26,336 nucleotides of DNA, taken from an uncultured delta proteobacterium. Lineage in GTDB: Bacteria > Desulfobacterota > Binatia > Bin18. The translations under genes were made by a program, and so were the position numbers. The notes under the pieces are model-generated. The model saw only the letters and a list, made by a program, of their open reading frames with translations, had not been told where the DNA came from and ran no database searches. The stretch is taken from the NCBI GenBank assembly GCA_963733195.1, contig CAVTCR010000043.1:1-26336 (forward strand), in the 5' to 3' direction. Positions 18,508 through 26,263 of the stretch are shown here, one piece after another. Within the stretch, counting starts at the first letter, position 1, and each line of letters opens with the position of its first letter.

Positions 18508-19744
18508 ATGCACTTAATGTATTTTACTGAACAACCGATGTCGGCGTATCCAGAGGAAGAAGGACAGAAGTTCGGCTATACTGCCCTTCTTTTCCCCAAC
18601 AAACTCTTCGACCGACAAGCTGCAAGTCGTCTCTATAACGAACGCCTCGAAGAATATGTCTATGCAGAAGAGATGGGTGTTGATGGCATCATGCTCAACG
18701 AGCATCACAATGCGCCCTTCTGCATGCAAGCCAAGGTCAACATCTATGCCTCGCTCCTGGCCGGAATGACCAAACGTGTGAAGATCGTTCTCCTCGGTAA
18801 TCCACTGCCGATTGCCGACAATCCGGTACGACTGGCTGAAGAATTGGCGATGATTGATCTTGTCTCCAAAGGACGACTTGGTATCCGGCTTTGTGCGTGG
18901 TGGTGGGGTCGAATCACTCGCGACCAATGCCAATCCAGCCTACAACCGCGAGCGATTCAATGAAGCGCATGACCTCATCATCAAGACCTGGACCCAGCCG
19001 GGACCATTCCGCTGGGAAGGCGATCACTACCAGCTTCGGGTGGTGAATCCGTGGGTGCTGCCCTTGCAGCAACCGCATCCACGCGTATGGATTCCTGGGG
19101 TGGTGAGTCGTGAGACGATTATTTGGGCGGCAGAGCACGGCTATCCGTACATTATTCTCAATGCGCCAATCGAAGAGAGTAAAAAGATCTGGCAACTGTA
19201 CGACGATACCGCGGCCCGCGTCGGGTTCACCGCTGGACCAGAGCACCGCGGCTATCTCATTCGTTGTCATGTGGCCGAGACCGAAGAGAAAGCGATCCAG
19301 AACGCCAGAGAGTTTATGTGGATGCAAGGTGAGTTCACAGGGCTGACGCATCCTCTCTGGGCTTCACCTGCTGGGTACTTGGGCGAGTGGGCACGCAAAC
19401 CGCTGGCAGAATTCCGCGTCGGTCGTCGCAAGCAGAGCATGCCACCGTTCGAGAAGCAATTTCAAGCCATGTCGATTATTGCTGGTACGCCGAAACAGGT
19501 AATCGAGAAACTAAAAGTGATTGTCGAAGAGACGCGACCGTCGATCTTAGCGTTGTGGGGGAACGATGGGAAAGTGACCCATCAAGACTCCAAGACTTGT
19601 ATTCGTCTGCTTGGGCAGGAAGTCATGCCCGCGATACGAGAGATTGGCGATCGAGCTAGGGTTGAAGAGTCCGTTCGAGACGAATCACCGGTGAGCTTGG
19701 CATATATGGGGAAGAAAGAGAATGAAGCAGTAGCAGCGTTGTGA
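18508..19744 (+). CDS. LLM-class flavin-dependent oxidoreductase (apparent frameshifts)
   Basis: ORF 18508..18963 (GIMLNEHH, NPVRLAEELAMIDLVSKGRL) joins ORF 18854..19744 (VSGFVRGGG, PLQQPHPRVWIPG) if one base near 18880 is removed. A compensating frameshift pair lies near 19650-19690. Confidence 0.85.
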
Positions 19745-19753
19745 GATAACCAC

Positions 19754-19784
19754 TGTAGGGGCACGGCGCCGCCGTGCCCCTACA
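19754..19784. repeat. GTAG-family REP-like palindrome
   Basis: TGTAGGGGCACGGC-GCC-GCCGTGCCCCTACA: perfect 14-bp stem, 10 nt after the LLM stop codon. Confidence 0.8.
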
Positions 19785-19806
19785 AATAACAGAAGGAGGG
19801 TTTTTT

Positions 19807-20204
19807 ATGGGTGCTGCCGAAAACAAAAAGTTAGTTCAGGATGCATTTGCTGCCTGGGCGCGGGGGGACGGTACTGCGTTCTTCAATCTCCTTGCCGACG
19901 ACGTGCAATGGACAGTCATTGGTTAGAGTCCAGTCTCACGCACGTATCCGAGCAAGCAAGCATTCTTGAAGGTGCGACCAAACCGCTCAGTGCGAAACTC
20001 GCGGGACCGATTCAACCAACTGTCAAGAACATCATTGCCGAAGGGGACAATATCGTCCTGCAATGGGAAGGCAAAGCGACTACCAAATCCGGCAAACCGT
20101 ACAACAACAGCTATTGCTGGGTGATGAAGATCGCCAATGGCAAGGTGAAAGAAGGCACGGCATATATTGATACGGAATTGGTCTCAGCGTTGTGGAAGGA
20201 GTAA
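19807..20204 (+). pseudogene. SnoaL/NTF2-like protein, disrupted as sequenced
   Basis: AGGAGG then ATG 19807 gives MGAAENKKLVQDAFAAWARGDGTAFFNLLADDVQWTVIG. In-frame TAG at 19924-19926, then SPVSRTYPSKQAF, then a frameshift near 19964 into LEGATKPL...GKPYNNSYCWVM...AYIDTELV. Confidence 0.8.
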
Positions 20205-20230
20205 ATGGCCGCCTGAGAACCTGAGGATCG

Positions 20231-20306
20231 CGTCATTGCGAACGAAGTGAAGCAATCTTTGTCTGAAGAGAGATTGCTTCGTCGCTTGTAGCTCCTCGCA
20301 ATGACA
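20231..20306. repeat. CGTC-type / RPE-like palindromic element
   Basis: GTCATTGCGA pairs with TCGCAATGAC (outer stem); GAAGCAATCT pairs with AGATTGCTTC (inner stem). Confidence 0.8.
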
Positions 20307-20338
20307 GGACCCTGTTGGGTTGCAGATGCGCTTTTGCA

Positions 20339-20370
20339 GTAGGGTGGGCAAGAGCGCAGCGTTGCCCAGC
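20339..20370. repeat. GTAG-family REP-like palindrome (second subtype)
   Basis: GTAGGGTGGGCAA-GAGCGCAGCG-TTGCCCAGC. Confidence 0.65.
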
Positions 20371-20712
20371 AAGGAATAACATCCGCTAGGTAGCGTTAGG
20401 ACGTTAAGCCGCAGGATTTTTGCAGCCCAACAGAAGTGAAGTCACGCTTGCAATGACAACAGCAAAAGTGGTACAGGATGAGCAGTTTTTATGATCAACT
20501 TGTGAGGCGGTGTAGTTGTGATGGGCTGCACGGCCATGCGGCAATTGCGAAGAGCATTCGGCAGCCCATATAGGGTTAGGCTCGCACCCGAGAGAGGGCC
20601 ACGGGGGTCTCTTGGGTGGCCGCACAAAGGAAAAAAGCGAAGCCCCCCAGGGAACCTTCATGGGAACGTGATAGCTTGTGTGTCCATAGCTAAACTGTAG
20701 AGGAGGGATCTG

Positions 20713-21165
20713 ATGCCGACGCCTGATGAGACCGCGATAGCCGAGATCGAGCGCGAGATGGCGAGCGCCCAGGCGGTTGAGGGAGTGACACGCACGTGGG
20801 ACGACAGCGTGGTGTATTACGACATCCAACCGGACGGCGCCGTCGGCAAGGAGGCCGCGACGGCAGTGATCGCGGAGCAGTTCCACGGGGTAAAGAATCT
20901 CCGGACCAAGATCCTGCAGCTGACCGTGCACGCGGAGGGTAATATCGGGTATGCCTTCAGCACGCAGAACTTTATTTCGGATGTGACGACTGGCGGCCCG
21001 GCATTGAACTTCATCTTTCGTGAGACGGATATCTTCGTAAAGAAAGATGGCAAATGGCGGCTGGTTCACCAACATCTCTCCGTGCCTGTCGATTTTACCA
21101 GCGGCCGTGCGGTATTGAGTTCGCAGGAGTCCATTGCTCCCACTCAGGGCAGTCTGGAGAAGTGA
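20713..21165 (+). CDS. SnoaL/NTF2-like (DUF4440/YybH-type) protein, cassette 1
   Basis: AGGAGG RBS; C-terminal motif FRETDIFVKKDGKWRLVHQHLSVPVD. Confidence 0.85.
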   Translation: MPTPDETAIAEIEREMASAQAVEGVTRTWDDSVVYYDIQPDGAVGKEAATAVIAEQFHGVKNLRTKILQLTVHAEGNIGYAFSTQNFISDVTTGGPALNFIFRETDIFVKKDGKWRLVHQHLSVPVDFTSGRAVLSSQESIAPTQGSLEK

Positions 21166-21233
21166 AGGCCGAAGCGGAAAGAATAAGACGCGCGGCTACA
21201 AGAAGTGAGGGAACAGTCTCGCAGTGAGAACGA

Positions 21234-21331
21234 CCCTAACCACCCATTCTACCGCATCGCCGTCCTGTTGTGGATGTGAAAAAGCCGAAGGGCCGCGTTT
21301 GGGCGGCTCGCGGTAACCGGGAGCGTTCGGC
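21234..21331 (+). other. attC site 1
   Basis: Inverse core CCCTAAC, core GTTCGGC, inner arms TACCGC/GCGGTA. Clearly homologous to attC 3. Confidence 0.8.
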
Positions 21332-21484
21332 GGCTTACGCGTCGTAGGGACGGAACTGTTCGTGACGGCGGAGGGCGATGTTGCCCGGACCCACTGATTC
21401 GTGGTAAGTGGGCAAGCGGGTGGTGCGAGTCGGTTTCGCTTGCGCAGGGGCGAAGTTAGCGTTGCTGCGCGGTCAGGAAATCAC

Positions 21485-21982
21485 ATGAGTGACACGAAGC
21501 AAACTCCACCGTCGGCGGATGAGGCCGACGTCGAACGAGAGGTGCGACTCGGGCGGAAGTTTTCGCTGAGCGAAGCGATCGGCCGGATGGGCGGGAAGGT
21601 CTCCTGAAGGGCGAGTCGCCCGTCGCGCCAAAACGCCAGACCGAGGCCGAGATCGCCGACTATCTGAGAGCGCACCTCCAGGATTCGGAAGGGTCTTGGC
21701 TGGGGTTGTTCTCCGCCACGTGAGGACGAGTGAGGGTCTGCTCCAGAATTTCGATCAGCCAATGGTTGTATTGGTCAGCTACGTCAACCAAGTCCTTCAC
21801 TCGGAGGCGCTCCTAAAGGACCTGGTGAGTGAGGCCGATGCGGACTGGGGACGAGCATACGGCAAGCGGCCGTATTTTGAACGGGAAAAAAATCGACCGC
21901 ACCCGGAGGCCCTTACACGCTGGCATCGGTGCGCGACGCACTGACGCAACTCCTCGCGAGGGCAACGCGAGACGACGAATAG
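21485..21982 (+). pseudogene. Hypothetical protein (about 165 aa) with about 3 frameshifts, cassette 2
   Basis: Contiguous pieces in different frames: MSDTKQ...RKFSLSEAIGRMGG / LLKGESPVAPKRQTEAEIADYLRAHLQDSEG / LAGVVLRHV...DADWGRAYGKRPYFERE...PHPE / PYTLASVRDALTQLLARATRDDE*. Confidence 0.65.
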
Positions 21983-22108
21983 AGGGCAGCGGCGCGGACA
22001 GAGCGCAGAGCGGGCGTGAGCGTCGTGGCCTCGGACGAACACAGGTGCACGGTCGGTGCCGGCGAGGTAGGGAACGACCACCCGGAGAGGTACGAGCATT
22101 GACGCGCC

Positions 22109-22198
22109 GCCGAACTATCGGTTGCACGGAGCCGCGCACACGAGCTTGGCGGTGAATCCCGCGCCGCTGCGCCGGCCCGATGAACCATATCGTTAAGC
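22109..22198 (+). other. attC site 2
   Basis: Inverse core GCCGAAC, core GTTAAGC. Arms GGTTGCA/TGAACC pair with one extrahelical base, around a GC-rich inner stem. Confidence 0.75.
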
Positions 22199-22212
22199 TT
22201 CTTAGAAAGCAT

Positions 22213-22873
22213 ATGTTTCCTTCACGATCCCAGTACCAGAAGTGGTCCTTACCAAGTAAGTGGACTTTCTGGGCAGGAATCATTGGCATTCCTGTTGAGT
22301 ATCTCCCTGATGGTAGGCGTGATGTCATTTCTGGCTGCCGACCAAGCAAAAGAGCAGTGCAGTCGCCTCTTTTTTCAGGTAGCCCAGGAACTACGCTACA
22401 ACGATGAATGGTTGTCATCCGTAGCCGTGGCAACGGAGAAGAAGGCCCCTCCACTTCCCATGGGGACCCTGAAACGGCTGGGCTTGTGTCGCTGATCAAG
22501 AACAACATCACAAACTCATAATCAAGGAGGCCTACGGAGAAGAAAAGTACATCTATCAAGAAGTGCTCCGACTTAAGGATCTCGGCACCGCCCTTGGTTC
22601 GCCTACTACACCGGCGGAACTTCGAAGGTTCGTTAGCCGATCGCAGTACACTCTTCACGACGTACACTTTCTGAATAACTTCTTGTTCTGGTACGTCGCC
22701 TCCCCTCATTATACAGGAGGTTGATTCGCGGCAGTTGTATTCGCTAGGCTGGAACGGACTTCCAGGCGACGTCTTTACAATTCCCGGAGTTTCGAAGCTG
22801 ACCATGAAGTACTTCGTGCATGATAGGGGGCTCGATAAGGGAATATTCACTGTATCTTGGTCTCATTGACTAG
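22213..22873 (+). pseudogene. Hypothetical N-terminally membrane-anchored protein (about 215 aa) with multiple frameshifts, cassette 3
   Basis: ATG 14 nt after attC 2. Pieces: MFPSRSQYQKWSLPSKWTFWAGIIGIP / ISLMVGVMSFLAADQAKEQ...ELRYNDEWL / EQHHKLIIKEAYGEEKYIYQEVLRLKDL...FLNNFLFWY / PLIIQEVDSRQLYSLGWNGLPG. The end position is approximate. Confidence 0.55.
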
Positions 22874-23145
22874 CGTAACCTCTTTCTGCTGAAATGGAAT
22901 GAATTCTAATCCCCATTTCAGGCGGACACCCACGGCGCCTCGTTATGAAACCTCGCAACGACAACAACCACTACTCCTGAGCCCCGCGCAACCATAGAAT
23001 GCAAGGGAATAGCGTAGAGGCCGAAGCGACAAGAGCAAAACGAGAAGCAACAACGTTGGAAGCAAGAGCAAAAGTGGAAGCCGACACGAAAGCGGAACGA
23101 TGGTGGAACACAAAGCGTGAGGGAATGGCCCCTAGGCGAACACGA

Positions 23146-23244
23146 CCCTAACCCTTCGTTCCACCGCATCGCTGCCCTGTGGCGGATTGGAATAAATGTG
23201 AAAGGTCGCATTTAGGCAACTCGCGGTGACTGCGGGCGTTGGGC
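23146..23244 (+). other. attC site 3
   Basis: Inverse core CCCTAAC, core GTTGGGC, inner arms CACCGC/GCGGTG (a compensatory change relative to attC 1). Confidence 0.8.
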
Positions 23245-23423
23245 AGCAAGAGAGACGCTTGTAGTGACTGTGTATTTTGTCTTGCCACTTGATCTTGAGG
23301 ATTACTTCGCCCGCCTGCTGTTACGTTGAAAGCCAGGTAGCTTTTGAGATACGCTACGGTTCTTGTGGAATCTGAACGCTCATCTCGGCTCTCTCTAGCC
23401 GCATCGACAGATCAGGGGAGAAC

Positions 23424-24586
23424 ATGACCACGCTGCCTATAGGCGTGATAGAGAAGGCTCGACTACGCTGATCCCCTCACACAAGCGGAGATAGCAAGAC
23501 AAAAGTTGAGTGTGACGCTTGATCCGCGACGGCGCAGCATGCTGGGCCAGTTCTTCACTCCACCCGCGACGGCGCGCCTCATGGCGTCGATGAGCACCAA
23601 CTTGGGTCAGCGTGTACGTTTGTTGGATGCTGGCGCGGGGGTCGGAGCGCTGACAGCCGCGTGGATCGCTGAAATCTGTTCACGACCAGTTCGTCCCAAG
23701 GAGATAGCGTTAACGGCTTATGAATTGGATAAAGCATTGTTACCTGCCCTCCGACAAACGTTGACGGCATGTGAGCGAACATGCGCGACCGCAGGAATTA
23801 CTTGTAAGTGGGAAGTACATCGCAACCGACTTCATTGAGGCGGCGGTTACTGATCTAGATGTAGGGCTCTTTCAGACCGAGCACGCAGTATTTGATGTCG
23901 CCATCCTTAATCCACCCTATAAAAAGTTCCGTGCCGAGTCGCGGACTCGGCAACTCCTGCGTCGTCTCAATATCGAGACGAGTAATCTTTACACGGCTTT
24001 TCTGTCTTTGGCCGTGCTACTCCTCAATGATAGTGGTGAGCTTATCGCCATTACACCGAGGAGTTTTTGTAATGGTCCATACTTTCGGCCATTCCGACAA
24101 CACTTACTACAGCATGTAAACCTTACTCAGGTCCATGTTTTCGAGGCTCGCGACCATGCTTTCCGTGACGACGAGGTGCTTCAAGAAAACGTGATTCTTC
24201 ACGCCGTAAAAGGTGTCTCGCAACAGCCGGTTGTCAAAATCTCACAGAGCCGGACGCCTGATGATCCGATCACTGTAGAGCGCAATGTTCCGTTTAAGCG
24301 TGTCGTGCGACCCGACGACTCTCAGGCATTTATTCATCTCGTTCCAGACGACGACGGTCACGCGCTTGCTGAAGTAATGGAGATGCTGCCATGCACGCTT
24401 GACGAATTGAGGTTGTGTGTGAGTACCGGGCGCGTCGTGGATTTTCGTGCCCGCCATTGGTTGCGGGCGGAACCCACCACAGAGACGGCTCCCTTGATTT
24501 ATCCCACTCACTTCAACAACGGCGTGGTCCGCTGGCCAAAGGCCGACACAAAGAAACCGAACGCTATCATCAGATGTCAGCCATGA
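23424..24586 (+). CDS. N6-adenine DNA methyltransferase (gamma class, M.BsuBI/M.PstI-like; Eco57I-type MTase domain), frameshifted and C-terminally truncated
   Basis: LGQFFTP, SAM motif LLDAGAGVGAL, catalytic ILNPPY, TPRSFCNGPYFRPFR and VSTGRVVDFR. Frameshift near 23821 and probably near 23455 (GGGGAG RBS then ATG 23424). Stops just after KKPNAI. Confidence 0.85.
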
Positions 24587-24609
24587 AATCACCATCGCGC
24601 AGTTAGATC

Positions 24610-25092
24610 TCAGAAGAGAATGCTCCAGGTTGGGTAGATTCCTTTCGCTCGTGCAAACATTTGCGAGAGGCTTAACTCAAGATAATCCCCCGTATTTATA
24701 TTAACGAAGACAAATTTGAACCGGCTCCTGAGGCTCTGGGAGACAAGCAGCTCAGCCGCCGTCAGACCAAAAAAATGTCCCTCAAAGCCAGCTCTGACCC
24801 CTTTTGCTGTGGATTTTATTTCGTAGAGCGTGACTCTTTCCAGATGTCGCTCCACCTCTTCTAAATGATTCAAATCGACTTGCCCTGATAGCCTGACTAT
24901 GTCGAATGCCTTCCCGTAAACAATCATGTCACGCTTGGCAAACGCAATGACCAGGTTCTTCTTCTGTTTTACGGTGGGAATGGTGAATCCCAAACCTTTT
25001 GCTGTCAGGAGTTCTGCTGCTCGGCGGGCGGTTGTGTTGCGTGTCTCCTTCACGTTAGCCACAGCGGTTGTTGCCCGGACCTGCGGTATCAC
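24610..25092 (-). CDS. Small putative PD-(D/E)xK nuclease (DUF3883/NO VEIN C-terminal-like)
   Basis: AFD...YEIKST...FFGLTAAE...FKFVFVN pattern. The GTG start overlaps the TAG of the HTH gene, implying translational coupling. Family assigned by eye. Confidence 0.6.
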   Translation of the reverse strand: MIPQVRATTAVANVKETRNTTARRAAELLTAKGLGFTIPTVKQKKNLVIAFAKRDMIVYGKAFDIVRLSGQVDLNHLEEVERHLERVTLYEIKSTAKGVRAGFEGHFFGLTAAELLVSQSLRSRFKFVFVNINTGDYLELSLSQMFARAKGIYPTWSILF

Positions 25093-25346
25093 TACTTTCC
25101 TCCGAATCCGACGCGCTTAGCAAATTTTTGGACAAAGACAACAAAATCGGTGTTGAGTGCGCGACAAATTTCGAACGTCTCAATAAGGTCGAGTCGCCGC
25201 TCTCCGAGTTCGTATTTACTCACATAGCTCTGGGGCATACCTAACGACTCGGCCAACGTTTCTTGGGTCACCCCTTTCTTAAGCCGAAGCTCTTTGATCA
25301 TCGTTTGAAAGAGTTGGTATGCATCATTATGAAATAACCGTGACAT
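25092..25346 (-). CDS. Xre/Cro family helix-turn-helix regulator
   Basis: IKELRLKKGVTQETLAESLGMPQSYVSKYELGERRLD. Confidence 0.93.
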   Translation of the reverse strand: MSRLFHNDAYQLFQTMIKELRLKKGVTQETLAESLGMPQSYVSKYELGERRLDLIETFEICRALNTDFVVFVQKFAKRVGFGGK

Positions 25347-25399
25347 CCACCGTTAAATACCGACTTGACTTAAATAACCCAAAATAGGATATTTTCCTC
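25347..25399. promoter_or_regulatory. Divergent promoter/operator region
   Basis: + strand: TTGACT-17-GATATT, 6 nt before ATG 25400. Minus strand: TTGGGT-17-TATTTA, 7 nt before ATG 25346. Imperfect palindrome TAACCCAAAATAGGATA at 25375-25391. Confidence 0.45.
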
Positions 25400-26092
25400 A
25401 TGAAGCGAAAATCGATCCTTTCGGAGGCCTCTGTCGAAGAAATCCTCAAAAGCTTTGCCGAGTTAGGCATCGTTAGAAAAGTCACTTTGCCGTCGTCAAT
25501 CGCGGAAACGACTTATCGCACTCCGGAACGAGATAACGCTCTCAGGCAGCATCAGGCAAACGCCCGAACACCTGCACAGCGATACGCGCAAATGCGCGAT
25601 ATGCAGCGCATTCCGCTTGACCTTGTCTCTGGTGTCACTATCAGACTCTCTCCTGGCGGACAGAATGCTCTTGTGGAAAAAATCATCAACGAGTTTTGCC
25701 CTCGGTTCACGCCTGCTGGTAAACCCGTCTATGTCGGGGATACGGATAAGAAGTGGGCCTACTTCGATGCAGATTATCTACGAAACCTTGGCGTTATTGT
25801 CGAGGAGCACGGAAAGATGCCTGACGTGGTTGTGCATTTCACTGAGAAGAACTGGCTCGTTCTCATCGAGGCAGTAACCAGTCACGGCCCGGTGAATCCG
25901 AAGCGTCTAACGGAATTACGGACCCTGTTTGCTAGTAGCAAGGCGGGCTTGGTGTTCGTGACTGCTTTTCTCAATCGTCGAAGTCTTTTGAAATACCTTG
26001 GGGAGATTGCATGGGAAACGGAAGTTTGGGTAGCCGATGCTCCCGACCACATGATTCACTTCAATGGCGAGCGTTTTCTGGGGCCTTACTGA
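25400..26092 (+). CDS. BsuBI/PstI-family type II restriction endonuclease, C-terminal catalytic domain with a shortened N-terminus
   Basis: Motifs LSPGGQNALVEKIINEFCPRF, VYVGDTDKK, HGKMPDVV, NWLVLIEAVTSHGP and IAWETEVWVADAPDHMIHFNGERFLGPY. Confidence 0.9.
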   Translation: MKRKSILSEASVEEILKSFAELGIVRKVTLPSSIAETTYRTPERDNALRQHQANARTPAQRYAQMRDMQRIPLDLVSGVTIRLSPGGQNALVEKIINEFCPRFTPAGKPVYVGDTDKKWAYFDADYLRNLGVIVEEHGKMPDVVVHFTEKNWLVLIEAVTSHGPVNPKRLTELRTLFASSKAGLVFVTAFLNRRSLLKYLGEIAWETEVWVADAPDHMIHFNGERFLGPY

Positions 26093-26151
26093 AACCGGAA
26101 TTGAATGCTGACTGAGTCGTAAGAGTATGATGCGGAGCAGGCAGCCTTGCT

Positions 26152-26214
26152 GCCCAACAAAGCGCTCCAGTCCGACGCTCGCTACGCTCGCGCGGCTGAG
26201 CTTGAGCGTCAGGC
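26152..26214 (+). other. attC site 4 (short type; core reads GTC instead of GTT)
   Basis: GCCCAAC-AAAGCGCTCCAGTCCG...CGGCTGAGCTTGAGC-GTCAGGC: GCTCCAG/CTGAGC arms with an extrahelical base. Confidence 0.8.
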
Positions 26215-26263
26215 ATGCATCCGTGTCGTGCCCTGACAGGAAAGCGATGCTATTATATCGCTG

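Noticed and set aside
428-20919. Avoidance of CTGCAG as evidence of a long-resident active PstI-like system
   Set aside because: At least seven sites seen (428, 1701, 5599, 8757, 10375, 14945, 20914), about the random expectation for 26 kb, so there is no avoidance.
20404-21075. 223-aa minus-strand ORF
   Set aside because: Antisense to the SnoaL cassette gene, which has an RBS and family motifs. It has no tyrosine-recombinase motifs, so it is not intI.
21813-22850. 345-aa minus-strand ORF
   Set aside because: It crosses attC 2, is antisense to the cassette 2 and 3 genes, and has an Arg/Pro/Ser-rich composition with no recognisable motifs.
23018-23110. CRISPR array in the GAAGC-rich tract or among the attC repeats
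   Set aside because: No identical 23-47 bp repeats with regular unique spacers, and no cas genes.
23238-26158. 13-bp terminal inverted repeats as transposon or IS ends
   Set aside because: No transposase or target duplication seen. The repeats coincide with attC core and inverse-core sites and are better explained as cassette ends.
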